In this document: piece by piece, positions 40,433-54,666 of the stretch
How positions within the stretch are numbered: position 1 is the first letter of the stretch
Layout: every line of letters starts with the position of its first letter
Assembly: GCA_951406725.2 (NCBI GenBank)
Contig: OX597816.1
Span: 18,662,001 to 18,726,000, forward strand
Length of the DNA stretch: 64,000 nucleotides
Origin: Octopus vulgaris
Lineage: Eukaryota
Direction: 5' to 3'
The notes under the pieces: generated by a model
The model's input: the letters and a program-made list of their open reading frames with translations, nothing else
What the model was told of the DNA's origin: nothing
The model's database searches: none
Position numbers and translations under genes: made by a program

Positions 40433-41235
40433 TAAAACTTACTCGGAAGAGGATGCATTTCGTTCGATCATATAAGAATGTAAATAATATATAAATATAT
40501 GCATATATACATTCATATATGTAGATATCTACATATATATGTATATATCCATGCATATATGGGTACAGGACATAAAAAAACGTTGAAAACAATGAGAAAC
40601 GAAAACATAAAAAACAAAAACATCTAACTCACTTTTTATTCGAACAACGAAATAAACAAACAGAGAAAAAAGACGTGCGACATAAAGAATATTCCTCTTC
40701 ATCAGTTGTCCTCTGTTTCATCTGCTCCGTGTTCGAAGGCAAGGACAAAACGCGACTTCGTTGCAACAGTCCTTCCCGTAAAGCAAATTAAATAATATTG
40801 AGGATTGTTTTGCGGAGGGTGAAAGTGGTAGCAAGAAGAGGACAGTGAGAACAAAACAGTAAAAACAAACGGTAAGGGCCCTTCCTTTCTGGTTTTCTCT
40901 CCCACCCTTCCGTATTCTTCTCTTCTCCTCTTCCCCGTTCCCTCTCTCTCACTCCTCCTCCTCGAATATCTCGTCGCTGACATGTGACGAAAGGGAATCT
41001 ATCTTTCGTCCCATTACCTTCCTAAAACGACACGTGCTTATACATGTCACCGTTCATAAACTCGTCTTCCTAGCGTTCCAAACTTTTCTTTCGTCTTGGC
41101 TTAACAGCCCTCACTGCTTATAATCGCTTATAGCTCAATGTTTGATTTTCCCACTACCATTTATGAATAGGATAGATATATAGATAGATAGACAGTTAGA
41201 TATATACACATAGATAGAGAGACAGGTATATATGC

Positions 41236-41278
<43 letters not shown>

Positions 41279-42217
41279 TATATATATGTATATATTTATG
41301 TATATATGTATATATATACATGTTTATCTATATCAATATCTAACCCCTCTCTCCCTCTGACTCCCTCTCCCTCTCTCTCTCTCTCTATATATATATATAT
41401 TTATATAAACACACACATATATATATGCATGCACATACATACACAGGCGTGCGAATACACACACATATATGTATATATACGATACGCACACTCAAAAGTA
41501 CATATGTGAATGTATATTCCTCGCTAGACAAACAGAAACAGCACTTTGAATTAAATAAAAGCCGTACAGAAACCAGAGTGTGCTGTGTTCAGTATGACCT
41601 AATTTAAAGCGTTAATTTGAATAGTGATGTCCTCCATCCATTTTTGAAACCCCCACCCCATGAAATGTACAATGACAGGTACACACTTGCATGAAATGAG
41701 CTATATAAAGGTGTAATCAAATAGCTTGATCAGTTCCTCAATTATTCTCTGTATTGAAAATAACAACCATTAACGTAAGTGCAACATGAATATGGAACAT
41801 TTCCATTTAAATGGTTTCTGATGCTTTTAAAAGGATAAATTACTTAAGTGGGGTGTTAAACTATAATTACATATTTCTAACATAATTTCTTACATTTCTG
41901 TATATTGTAAAGCTAAAGCACTTATGCACCCAATAACTTACGTGACCTGAAAATGTATTTTTGACCTTTATGCACTGGTTGTAGTCAGCCAAGTAAATGC
42001 TGTAAGATAAATAGATTTTTCTAGCTACTGCGGTTTTGTTTGAATTGAGCTAGATAGAATGCACCGATTGAAGCATAAACCTGCATACATATGCCATTTT
42101 ATACACGTACCATATAGTTGAACACCCACGCATAGAAACATACAGACATACATAGACACAAACAGACACACACACACACAGAGGCGCGCACACACATACT
42201 CTATTTATATGAACATA

Positions 42218-42437
42218 AGGTGGCGAGCAGGCAAAAACGTTAGCACGCTTGGCTAAATGCTTAGCGATGTTGCAGTATTTAGTCTGTCTTCAAGTTCTGA
42301 GTTCAAATTCCGCCGCGCTCGACTTTGCGTTTCATCCTTTCGGGGTCGATAAATTAAATACCAGTTGCGTACTGGGTCGATCTAATCGATTTCACCCCCC
42401 ACTCCAAATAATTCGAGCCTTGTGCCTAAAGTAGAAA
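42218..42437 (+). mobile_element. SINE family B with TSD
   Basis: aggtggcgagcaggcaaaaacgttagcacg head and tttcatcctttcggggtcgataaatt core; TSD-like tatttat(a/g)tgaacata. Confidence 0.85.
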
Positions 42438-42505
42438 ATAATATTTATGTGAACATATCTCCAGAACTTCGTTCATAAATACAATCACTATTCATCCACC
42501 CACTT

Positions 42506-42573
<68 letters not shown>

Positions 42574-42660
42574 AAGTGTGTCATTCAATATGTGACCGCG
42601 TGTGTATCGTTGGAGATTTTCTTCTCCGTTTTCCCTTCCTTGGACTTTTCTATTTTCTAT

Positions 42661-42695
42661 GTTTCTGACGAAGAGCTCCCATCGAAACGTTAAAT
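42661..42695 (+). ncRNA. Minimal hammerhead-like motif in a ~220-bp element between two (TA)n tracts
   Basis: GUUU CUGACGA A GAGCUCCCAUC GAAAC GUU AAAU; stem II partly decayed; downstream ttcctgagcg is shared with the 34185 family. Confidence 0.58.
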
Positions 42696-42803
42696 CATCC
42701 TTCTTTCTTTCGTTTCCTGAGCGTCCAATAACACTATACTTGTTCTACGTCCTCGCGTTGTTGTGTTTTCATGTTTTGATTAACTTTATATATACATCAT
42801 ACA

Positions 42804-42919
<116 letters not shown>

Positions 42920-43239
42920 TACACATAGATATAGATATAGTGTGGCTTGTTTGCAATTTTTCAACCGAAAGGCAAATATATATACATCATCTAAGCGACT
43001 GAGGGTGTTATACAACATCAGTATTGCTAGAAATAAGAGCCAAAACAATTCTTAGCCACAATAATGCACCGACGTACTTACTGACAAGAGATGCGAGCTG
43101 TCTAAACACCGGTCAGTGTACCATTAGACATGATGCCCCAGAGTTTTCAAAGCAAAAGCCCTAAGATCGATTCACGATGATTATATTTGAATAGTCAGCG
43201 CATATATATACATATATATATATATATAGACATAAGTCT

Positions 43240-43585
43240 GGCAGGGGTAATGAGAAGTTTGTGTTGCAACCCAGTGGGTTCTGGTTTAGGTGCTTAGGTA
43301 TGTGTCTCTGCGCAAAAATGGCCTTTACTATCGTCACTGAGTGGGCAAAGACTGAGAATGGATTTAGGAGAGAGAAACTGAAAGACACCCGTAATGTAAA
43401 CATGTGCGTGTGTGTTTATGCGTGTGTTTGTGCGTATGAATGTGTGTGTGTATATGTGCCAGAAAAAGGTCCAACGGAATAAGTAGGAAGCTTAAAAGAA
43501 AGATTACTGGGGTCGATTCGTTTGAATCAAATTCTTCAAGGCGGTGCCCCAGGGTGGCTTCATTCTAATGACTGAAACAAAAGGT
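43240..43585 (+). mobile_element. SINE family A, degenerate
   Basis: ggggtcgattcgtt..aaggcggtgccccag..tgactgaaacaa tail. Confidence 0.65.
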
Positions 43586-43607
43586 AATATGTGAATGATA
43601 ATCAATG

Positions 43608-43770
43608 CACTCTCACTCAATTAACCAAGAACAGATTCACGTACACTCACTCACTCACTCACTCAATCAATCACTCACTCACTCACTCACGCAATCACTC
43701 ACTCACTCATTCACTCAATCACTCACTCAATCACTCACTCACTCATTCACTCACTCAATCAATGACTCAC
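43608..43770. repeat. (TCAC)n/(TCAA)n tetranucleotide microsatellite
   Basis: Seen directly in sequence. Confidence 0.93.
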
Positions 43771-43807
43771 AAAAGACCTCACTGATACAATCTTATATTT
43801 TAATTTT

Positions 43808-44175
43808 TTCTTTTATTGGTTTCAGTCATTTGACGGCTGCCATACTGGAGCACTGCCTTTAGCCGAACAAATCGAACCCAAGACTTATTCTTTGTAAGCC
43901 TAGTACTTATTCCATCGGTCTCTAATGCCGAACCGCTAGGTTACGGGGACGTCATGCGATGGTGGAGGGGTGGAGGGCAAACACCGACACCTACCTACAC
44001 ACACGCACGCACATATATTTATGACGGGCTTCTTTCAGTTTCCATCTACCAAATCCACTCACAAGACTTTAGTCGGCCCGAAGCTAAAGAAGACGACACT
44101 TGTACAAGATGCCATGCAGTGGGATTGAAGCCGCAACCAAATGGTTGGTAAGAAGACTACACAGCCATTCCTGCT
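43808..44175 (-). mobile_element. SINE family A
   Basis: Reverse complement of family A. Confidence 0.82.
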
Positions 44176-44703
44176 CTGTGTATTGAAATTACTCTGTAAA
44201 CAAGACAATTGAATCGTTAACCGACGGTATTTTTCCATGCCAAATATTCAAATAAACGACTCGTTGAAAATCGGTGTTACGTTTCAAGAATCTTCGTCTT
44301 TTTTTATAAATACGCAAACCACTTCATATTTAGACGGCCTTTTTCTCTGTAAACACAGGTGTGCTAAAAACTATACACGTATACGCATACATCTACAAAC
44401 TCAGACTATCATAAAAACACACAGATTCTATCCATATACACACATTAAACACAAGGATATATTCACTCATTTCCATACGCACATTTATCTATGTATGTAT
44501 GTATGTATCAATCTATCTATCTATATATCTATCTATCTTTCTGCCTGTCTCTCTCTGTCTATCTGTCTGACTGTCTGTGTATCTCTACACTATATAATAT
44601 ATACATACAAGTTATCTCTCTTTCACACTCTCTGTATATTCTTATATATATATTTGTATATATATATATATGTGTATATATACGTATGTGTATACATGTA
44701 TGA

Positions 44704-44741
<38 letters not shown>

Positions 44742-44895
44742 GTGTGTGTATATGTATATATGTATATATATACACATATTTATATATATATGTATATAAA
44801 TATATACTCATATGTAAGTGCGAATACTTCTATATATATATACATTTATATACATATATATATGTAGGCATATCTCTCCCTGCCTACCTCTCTGG

Positions 44896-44927
<32 letters not shown>

Positions 44928-46507
44928 GTATTTGTGCGTGTGTGAGTGTACGTGTGTGTGTGTGTGTGCATGTATATGTGCATGTGTGTATCAGCATATC
45001 TGTGTATATGCACATTTTTGAGATGCATCGATAAAAAGATTTATTTTGCAACGCCTCACATAACGATACTTTGTTCCAATATTCTCCCATCAAGCCAGTT
45101 CAAGCGTAAACCACTTAAGGACCTTTTAAGAAACATGAAAGATTTTAACAGACAGGCAACTTGCCAGTGACTAAAAGCACTTGGCTTCGAATACGATCTC
45201 AATGAGAGATATCTCTATTTTAAGTTCTTAAGTATATGCAATTTCCTCATACGGAATTCTTTCGTCAATTATATTGAACAATATTTTGCAATTTGTACTG
45301 CCCAGCATTAAAAGTGAATGCGATATAAAATTAAAAAATAAAATAAGCAAACGCAACGAAAATTCAAGAATGAACAATGAAATAAAGGGGCATATTTGTT
45401 TTCATCGTCTATCAGCCGATCGTTCAATTATGATGAGTGATTTCGACGTGTCCTATTATGTCAATATTACTTTTGAATCGCAATTTATTACCTTTTCAGT
45501 TATTTAAAAACTTGTTGATATATTTATAAGTGAGTATAAGTGTGTGTATGAATGTGCGTAATTGAGCGTGTGTGTGTGTGTGTGTTTCACTTTCAAAACC
45601 TTGATAAGTTATAAGACAGCAAACGCCTAAGTCACGCATTTCAATCAAAATACGTGCAAATTGATGTTGAAGTGTATTAAATAAATTCTCTTTAAAACTA
45701 ATTACAGTAGTATCTAAACACATAGGGATTCCCTCTAAATCTTAAAAATATAATCAAGCTAAATTCTAATATTTTTACTATGCGGTAAGCAAAATATGTT
45801 CAAGTAACCCTTTACAAGTTTATTATTATTTACTTACATAAATATGTAAGAGTAATAAAGTAAGGGTAGAATGAGAAAAAACCTACTTATTAAATCACAT
45901 TAACTCTCGTATTGTACACAAATGCCTTATTCATATAGATTATTCCATGCAGTATTATTTTAGCATTTGCTGAGTAATATATCTTCTAAGTTTCGCACAA
46001 TTATATTTAAGTAAGAGTAAATGCAACGCAAGATATAAAAATATATGTCTTGAACAAGAAGAAATGGAGATAAATGTTCATGGCTTAGAATTCATTCCTA
46101 AGAACGTGTGAAGATATTAGAAGGCTCCAGGTGTGAATGCGGATAAAGACTTGCTTAAGCGTCAACTAACACTATCATGAAGTTATTTCAACTCACTTCT
46201 TATTCCGTGCTATTAAAATATCTTGGAGAAAGAAACTTTACGTAATGTTCCATGTGATTCAACTATAATGGTTATAAAAGGTTAGTACTTTACAGAGAGA
46301 TCAAGAAACACGTAACATGTCCATATACGATTTTGTATGACCCCACAGCAAGGACAAGGATCGACAAATCTCACAGTTATAATTCCTTTGGATACTAAAC
46401 TAAACCATGCACCATATTCGATAAGGTCATTGTCGTCGTCGTCGTCGTCATCACCATCAAAATCATCATCATCATCAACAACACTACCATCACTACAATA
46501 TACTCTC

Positions 46508-46924
46508 CTATTTCTTTACTACCCGCAAGGGGCTAAACACAGTGATGACATACAAGGAGAGACAAACGGATTATGTCGATTATATCGACCCCAGTGTGTA
46601 ACTGGTACTTATTTCATCGACCGCGAAAGGATGAAGGGCAAAGTTCACCTCAGCGGAATTTGAACTCAGAACGTAGCGGAAGATAAATACCTATTTCTTT
46701 ACTACCCACAAGGGGCTAAACACAGAGGGAACAAACAAGGACAGGCAAATGGATTAAGTCGATTATATCGACCCCAGTGCGCAACTGGTACTTATTTAAT
46801 CGACCCCGAAAGGATGAAAGGCAAAGTCGACCTCGGCAAAATTTGAACCCAGAACGTAGCGGCAGACGAAATACGGCTAAGTATTTCGCCCGGAGTGCTA
46901 ACGTTTCTGCCAGCTCGCCGCCTT
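46508..46924 (-). mobile_element. SINE family B, partial tandem, 17-bp TSD
   Basis: ~183-bp body/tail unit twice; TSD tacaatat(a/t)ctctccta at 46494-46510 and 46924-46940. Confidence 0.92.
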
Positions 46925-47436
46925 ACAATATTCTCTCCTACTACATTGTGTTATAGTGTCAATATTACCATGATCTGTCGGCTTTACGTGCGTGATTCTT
47001 GTATTTAGCACAGTATCAACACAACTAACACTATAATTGTTATTCCACTGATAATAACAGCCGATCGGCTATTTGTCTGTTACTAATGTAATGCATGCTG
47101 TTCAACTCTATTAAATCTTACTTTGATGAACAGACTTCACCCACGTCCGTCAAAATTTATCGTGACTTACTACTGAGACACCAAGCTATATTGATTTCAA
47201 ACAGTGATATTTTTTGTTCAACTGATCAACAATTCAAAATCAATAATAACGACGGGAACCCCATCAACAGATATTTATCATTTACACTACAGTTCTCTGA
47301 AAATGACGTTGAAGAATTTCACTTTATTTCTCAAATGCGCTGATGCTCAAAAATAATACATAGCATTACTACTTCATATATATTTTAATTTCGCTAGCAA
47401 TCACTTAATACGTGTAATTCTATTCATGACTAATTC

Positions 47437-47785
47437 TTATTTCTTTATTGCCCACAAGGGGCAAAGGAGGACAGACAACGGAATTAAGTCGATTATATCG
47501 ACCCCAGTGCGCAACTGGTACTTAATTTATCGACCCCGAAAGGGTGAAAGGCAAAGTCGACCTCGGCGGAATTTGAACTGAGAACGTAACGGCAGTTGAA
47601 ATACCTATTTCTTTACTACCCACAAGGGGCTAAACACAGAGAGGAAAAACAGCGACAGACAGCGGGATTAAGTCGATTATATCGACCCCAGTGCGTAACT
47701 GGTACTTATTTAATCGACCCCAAAAGGATGACATAGCAAAGTCGACCTCGGCGGAATTTGAACTCAGAACGTAGCGGCAGTCGAA
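47437..47785 (-). mobile_element. SINE family B, headless tandem of two body units
   Basis: tatttcttta..cccacaagggg..atcgaccccagtgcg..aagtcgacctcggcggaatttgaact occurs twice. Confidence 0.88.
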
Positions 47786-47849
47786 AATCAGGATTGATCG
47801 CATTGACGTGCCTTATCCTCAAACGATGCTTGCTCCGTTGTTGATGCTG

Positions 47850-47933
47850 TCTTCTTCTTCTTCTTCTTCTTCTTCTTCTTCTTCTTCTTCTTCTTCTTCT
47901 TCTTCTTCTTCTTCTTCTTCTTCTTCTTCTTCC
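47850..47933. repeat. (TTC)n microsatellite
   Basis: Seen directly in sequence. Confidence 0.97.
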
Positions 47934-48139
47934 AATCAGGACTCACGCCATTAGCCACAAAGAATAACCTCTAATTCGAGCCTTACTCTAAGCTACTAAG
48001 AATGTGTGTGGCAACTTGAATATCCACCCACCACACGCGATAGACTGGCGGTGGCACGGGCACGAAAGCTACGTTGTTATCCTAATTCCGTAAACGGTAG
48101 GTTTTAACGGGTGGAGAGCTGAACTATCCTGGGGTACAG

Positions 48140-48405
48140 AGGATAGGCGATCTAAACTAGCGTCTGAATTTTTTACCAGACCATAGTGGATTACACCATG
48201 GTTCCTCTGCTTTGTGGCAGAAGTAGGAACAAAGAGTGAGAGAAAATTGTGGTGAAAGAGTACAGCGGGGTTCACCCGCCCCGCGCCAGAGTCTCGTGGA
48301 GTGTAGGGGTTTTTTTTGCTCAATAAACACTCACAATGTCGGTTCTGGTAATCGAAACCGCGTTCTTACGACCGCGAGTCCGCTGCACTAACCTGTAGGC
48401 CATTA
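48140..48405 (-). mobile_element. SINE family C
   Basis: gctcaataaacactcacaa..aatcgaaaccgcg..acgaccgcgagtccgctg is the reverse complement of the family C head. Confidence 0.82.
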
Positions 48406-48776
48406 CGTCTTTATCATTGCTGTCGTTACTGCTCGGAGCTGCTCTGCGGCTCTGCTTGTTGCTGCTGGTGTGTTAGTAATGTCAGATTGTTGTTTGATTA
48501 GGAAAAATTCTAAAGCTTCGAACGCAATTACTGCGAGTAATTCTTTCAGCTGTGTGGTTCTTATCCTTCTCAGTTCAAACCTTACCTCATTCAACATGGC
48601 GTAGATTTAATAAAATGGTATTCAGCTTATTACTATCGATTTAAATCATTAAATATTTTCAAGTATACATTGCTCGTCTTTTCTCTAAAGGACATACCTT
48701 CAATGTTAGTGACTTGGCAGCGTGGTTATAGAGTCGGAGAAAGTGTAGATTGGGATATTTTATGCGTACATTTATA

Positions 48777-49196
48777 TACTCTTTTACTCTTTTTAATTCT
48801 TACAGTCTTTTGAATGTGGCCATACTGGAGCACCGCTTTTAGTCGTGCAAATCGACCTCAGGACTTATTCTTCGGAGGCCGAGTACTTATTCTATCGGTC
48901 TCTCTTGTCGAGCCGCTAGATACGGGGACGTAAACACACCAGAATCGGTTGTCAAGCGATGTTGGGGGACAAACACAGACACGCAAACAAAATACACACA
49001 TATACACACACACACATATATATACATATATACGACAGGCTTCTTTCGGTTTCTGTCGACGAAATTCACTCACAAGTGTTTGGTTGGCCTGAGGCTATAG
49101 TAGAAGACACTTGCCCAAGGTTCCACGCTGTGGGACCGAACCCGGAACCATGTGGTTGGTAAGCAAGTTACTTACCACACATCAACTCCTACGCCT
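48777..49196 (-). mobile_element. SINE family A
   Basis: Full-length reverse-complement copy. Confidence 0.88.
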
Positions 49197-49606
49197 ATAT
49201 ATATCCTTGACTTTAAATCAAGCTAAGGTCGAATTTGACGTTCATCAATGCGGCGTTAATAACACGATGTATCAGTCAATTACAGGAATCAATATTATCG
49301 ATTACTTCCTCGTCACTAAGAAAACTTGCCCTATGAATCTGGCAGTATCATTAGCAAATCAGTCAAAATTGCTTAGTGGCATATTTTCCGGCTTCTTACG
49401 TTGTATTGTCAGTTCCCGCCCAGATTAGTTTTGCCATATATCCTATCTGGGATTGGTAAATTAAATTATTAATCAAGTACTAGTGTCGATGGTAGAAACT
49501 TGTTGCTTCCTGTAAGAATGAATGATGTTGGGCAAAAATCGGAGAGAATTTTCTTTATCGGAACATTTTCAACATTGTTTGGTGAGAGCAAGGGTGAAGC
49601 CATTAT

Positions 49607-49667
<61 letters not shown>

Positions 49668-49999
49668 GTACATATACATATGCATATATACATATATGTG
49701 TATGTAAATATATATTTACATATATGCATATACGTATATATATATATATAAGTGTGTGTGAATGTAGTGCGTGTGTCTGTCTGTATTTATATGTGTATAA
49801 ATATTTTTTTCTATTTTTAAAGGCTAAACAAGGCAAATTATAAGAAATAATACAAGTCCTTAGTTTGCAGGAAATATTATAAGAAATGATAAGGAAATAA
49901 TCCACGTATTTTAGTCCTTATAATTGTATTGTGTTTGCTACAAAGAAAGTATAACCAGATAATGCTTCATGCGAACTCTTCTGCTCTTATATATATATA

Positions 50000-50216
50000 A
50001 AGGCGGCGAGCTGGCAGAAACGTTAGCACGCCGGGCGAAATGCGTGGCCGTATTTCGTCTGCCGCTACGTTCTGAGTTCAAATTCCGCCGAGGTCGACTT
50101 TGCTTTTCATCCTTTCTGGGTCGATTAATTAAGTAGCAGTTGCGCACTGGGGTCGATGTAATCGACTTAATCCCTTGTTTGTCCTCTCTGTGTTTAGCCT
50201 GTTGTGGGTGGTAAAG

Positions 50217-50220
<4 letters not shown>
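50000..50220 (+). mobile_element. SINE family B, single unit, in (TA)n
   Basis: aggcggcgagctggcagaaacgttagcacgccgggcg..gtttagcctgttgtgggtggtaaagaaat. Confidence 0.9.
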
Positions 50221-50256
<36 letters not shown>

Positions 50257-50806
50257 GCACACACACACACAAACATATGTATGTATGTGTGTGTGTTTGT
50301 GTGTGTGTGTGAATATGCTAATGGGTGTTTGTATGTATATATGAGTGCAAATGTAGAGAGGAGATATGATACTTCCATTATATACAGTACAAAGGTCGTG
50401 CTGAATTCCTACTTTCGATTAAATATTCACAAAGTTCTTATTGTTATAGAACTACGAACATGGTATATGCATTGTCTAATACTTTTCAAGAGTTTGCATG
50501 CAAGACACAGTATGCAATAGCATAATTAGTTATAAATTCTTTAGTTTAAGGGGTGATATTTCCACAAGTACTTGGACAAGTTTCGCACCAAGGCTGCTGC
50601 CATTTATCTGAAATATTTCCTTTTAGTGTTTCCTCTGACATCTTATTTGTTTATAGATTTTCTTAAAACATCTACCTGTCGAAATGTTGGAAAACAAAAT
50701 CCGTTGAAACTCCTCAAAGTAAAGAGGAAAACTATACATAGATATACATACTTATATACATACATATGTCCAAATATATGTATGTATGTATATATTTGCA
50801 TGTATC

Positions 50807-50861
<55 letters not shown>

Positions 50862-51799
50862 AATGAAATCCAGCTGTGAGTGGCAGTAAACGGAACAATT
50901 CAAGAGTAATTCTTGTGTTTGGTTTTACTGGAAAATAGTGCTGTCCCGGTTTTATTGCATTAGAAATAACTGGCTGTAATGGCCAGGGAATGTGGTGTGT
51001 ATAGGTGACAAAATTAATGTTTTTATTCTCTTTGTTGCTTCCTTTGAACAATATTACAGAAGCCGGATAAGAGAAAAAGAGAAAAAAAACCTATCGGCCA
51101 TTTTCTCCGACTTCAAGAAATTTGTCAGCCAAAAGGAATTGGCAGTGAAATAGTAAAAACCTAGTGAAACTGATGAGCGACTATCACTGTCAGATTCAAT
51201 TATGTCTAAATATTGGTAAAAGGATTGGAGACGTACATATAATTTTATTAAGTTTGATGTTTTATTTATTAGTACACTTGTCTGTCTCTCAGTCGTGGAA
51301 GTTTTGCGTTGTGTACCGTAAAAACCTCTTTCAGTATCATTGTAAAAGGAAGGGTTAGCATTAGAAATTTTTTAGATAATAATAAAATAAAATGAAAAAA
51401 AGTTGTTTTGGCAATGAATTAGTTTATTTTATTTATTGTACGAAACAATGGCGTGGGATTATACGATTTGAAATATTTCAGTATGTTTGTTAGTTTTTGT
51501 TCATGTCTGTTATCTTTGTATCCGTCCTCATCATTCTCTTCACTCTTACATCCTTATCACCACAGTCGTAGTTATTCTCATTATTGTATCCGTCTTACTA
51601 TCCACATCGTCGAAGTTATCCTCATCATCATCATCATCATTACAGAAACCATGAACATTCATATCGTCATCATTCACAGCATCATCATCATACTAATATC
51701 ATTTCCATCATCGGCATCATCGTCATCACTTTCATCATCACAATTGATGTCACCTTCATCATCATGATCATCATGGACATTGATGTAGAGCTGAAAAAG

Positions 51800-52000
51800 A
51801 AGTAATTTCTACTCTTCTCCTCTGGAAGCATATCTACTCGCAATAGCAGAGGGCGCACACTCTCCTACCCTTATGTAATCTCCAGGGATACAGGCATCCA
51901 GCAACAGGACCTCTGTAATGCTATGATGGACCGTGAAGTCTGGCGTAGTATGGTAAATTCCATTGTCTCGACCACGGTCGAACAATGATAATGATGATGA
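51800..52000 (+). mobile_element. RTE-like LINE 3' end with (GAT)n tail
   Basis: LLLWK..GRTLSYP.VISRDTGIQQQDLCNAMMDREVWRSMV fits the RTE-group C-terminal AM.DR..W motif. Confidence 0.72.
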
Positions 52001-52435
52001 TCATCATCATCACCACCATCAAAAACGTCAGCCCCATGTCCGAAGTCATCTTACTCGGTACCACTCCAACCAACGCCGTCGTTACCAACCTCATTATCGT
52101 GGTCATCGTCATCCCCTGCCAAAATATCCTGCATTAAAGGTTGCAGGAAATGATCGTTTATGGTAACGCGTACCGAATAATACTTATTTATGAAGCAAAT
52201 CTATAAATGTTTTAAAGAAAGAAATAGCAGTTGGCATATTTAAACAATTAAACACCGTCGTGATTTCCCGTAATTATTGCTCTCATTTTAAGTTCATATA
52301 CACATATATAGTGATATATATATATATACATGCATACATACATACATACTGTTGTGTCTGAGGAAAGTCACTTGTTGTGCCTAATAATTTAACACACTCA
52401 CCGGTAAAGAATCTTGCAAACCAAATCCCAAAACG

Positions 52436-52525
<90 letters not shown>

Positions 52526-52595
52526 ATTGGTAAAACGGTAAAATAACAAAAGAAAGAAAGAGACCTCAATATTATGTAAATAGAGGAAATTTATC

Positions 52596-52690
52596 TATAA
52601 AATAATATGTTACATTACTCGATAGTCAAGATAAAACTCTGAGTTTCAGATGCCGAAGTTTTATCTTGACTATCGAGTAATGTAACATAT

Positions 52691-52699
<9 letters not shown>
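52596..52699. repeat. Inverted repeat, 43-bp perfect arms and 18-bp spacer, between (TA)n tracts
   Basis: tataaaataatatgttacattactcgatagtcaagataaaact / agttttatcttgactatcgagtaatgtaacatattattttata. Confidence 0.93.
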
Positions 52700-52753
<54 letters not shown>

Positions 52754-52758
<5 letters not shown>

Positions 52759-52883
52759 TATATAGAAGGAGCTTCTACAGGACTAGTACTGTTTCATTCA
52801 AGAGAAATCTTCAGGAAGCTTCCTGAAGATTTCTCTTGAATGAAACAGTACTAGTCCTGTAGAAGCTCCTTCTATATAATAAA
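52754..52883. repeat. Perfect ~130-bp spacerless palindrome containing hammerhead-like boxes
   Basis: Centred on ggaagcttcc; each strand reads CUGAAGA UUUC UCUU GAAU GAAAC AGUA. Confidence 0.93.
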
Positions 52884-52950
52884 TTAATTTTACTCTGCTA
52901 TGTATTGAGTACCTTACTTACTGTGGTTAACCCCGAATCAACCCGGGACC

Positions 52951-53033
<83 letters not shown>

Positions 53034-53383
53034 TATAATTAACGGTAATAATATTTGTTTAAATTTTTCATGTTCAAGAGACATTTCTTTTAATCGGAGC
53101 GACATGTTTAAAATAAGGAATGCAAACGAGCAAACGTAGTGAATATTTTAGGAATAAATGATATAATGTTATTTTCAACTGAAAATCGCAGAGTATGATT
53201 GTGATACACGTATCATTGAAATATATTTTACTTACTGATGTATTCAACGCAACGCTAAGCGTATTTTTCATATCTTTATTGAATTGCTACTATGTATCAT
53301 TATCGTTAATTTTATGGTAGTTTTTGAGCAGTGGCTCTGATTTTAGTAAATAGTATTATATACCGTGCTGAATCTTAATTTAC

Positions 53384-53425
<42 letters not shown>

Positions 53426-53577
53426 CATATATAATTGTCACATATTGCATTTACAGATAAATTCCTCTACTTACATAATATCGGTTCCTTTCATTCTTTT
53501 GTTGTCTTACCATTTCTATCAATATATATATATACACACACACACACATATATATATATACATATATATCCATATAC

Positions 53578-53632
<55 letters not shown>

Positions 53633-54431
53633 CGCATGTATATATATATATTCATATACATATATATATTTACATATATACGTCCCTAGACATACATAAG
53701 CACACACCCACGCATACGCACGTATATTCGTGCAGTACAATGACAAATATTCATGCAGATGTTTGAGTGTGCGTTTCTGTCAATTGTGTGGGTGGTTGTG
53801 GATGTTTATCCATAAATATTGTAAGTAAAACAAAATATATGTAATTGCATGTTTAACGCTCTGAATATAGCTACGTTAACATTTTATTGTTTCATGCAAA
53901 ATCAAACAGCAATTTTTATATTTTTATTCATCAGGTATTTGAATTTATTCATTATTTAAATTCTGTTATGAAAGAAGCGCTTAAACGTGTAAGGAATGTT
54001 CTTATATTAGCGAACATTTATTTTTTATTTTTCACTTTAATATCTCAATCAGTGTAAATATTTTAATATCATGCCGTTGGCATAAACAGGCAATTTCAGA
54101 AACCTGATGCAAATGTTTTGTAAAGACCACTAAGTACATTTTCGTCAATATACCTAAGTATGCGTCGCTTGGCAGCTGATAGAATATATCGTTGCACAGC
54201 TGTTAGTAGCAATTGATTTATATGACTACATATTTTGAGTTCAGGTTCCGCTAACGTAAAATATTATATTCGTAATCTTATGTAAATAAATTAAAGAACA
54301 ATCGATTCGTTTAAATTATGCGATAAAGTTATCATCCTATCAAAAATTACCTGGCGTTATATCAATGCCGAAAATATTAAGTGTATATCAGCACTATATC
54401 TAACAAAGTTTTCAATATTATCATTCCTCAT

Positions 54432-54666
54432 CATGACATTTCTGTGATACGCGATGCCTATTGATCGTTTTTCTTTTCATTTCATTCCTGTTTCTTCTTT
54501 CCCTTTTACGATCCCTTTTGATCGAAAACCTACCCCACTTTTTAAATTTATTTATTTTATGTTATTTTTTTAAATCTATTTCTTTATTTTCGTTCTCCCC
54601 ATAAAGAAAAGTGCTACTTTGTAATCTGTCCCGTCTGTGTGCAGCCCTGTGTGGCTAATAAAGAAG
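54432..54666 (+). mobile_element. 5'-truncated non-LTR retroelement 3'UTR with 19-bp TSD
   Basis: TSD caatatt(a/g)tcattcctcat at 54413-54431 and 54667-54685; T-rich body ending cagccctgtgtggctaataaagaag. Confidence 0.8.

Noticed and set aside
40690-40770. Minus-strand GAAAC..CUGAUGA as a permuted hammerhead
   Set aside because: No cleavage triplet or pairing stems I and III between the boxes.
51453-52166. His/Ser/Ile-rich ORFs
   Set aside because: Degenerate (CAT)n low-complexity DNA around a LINE tail.
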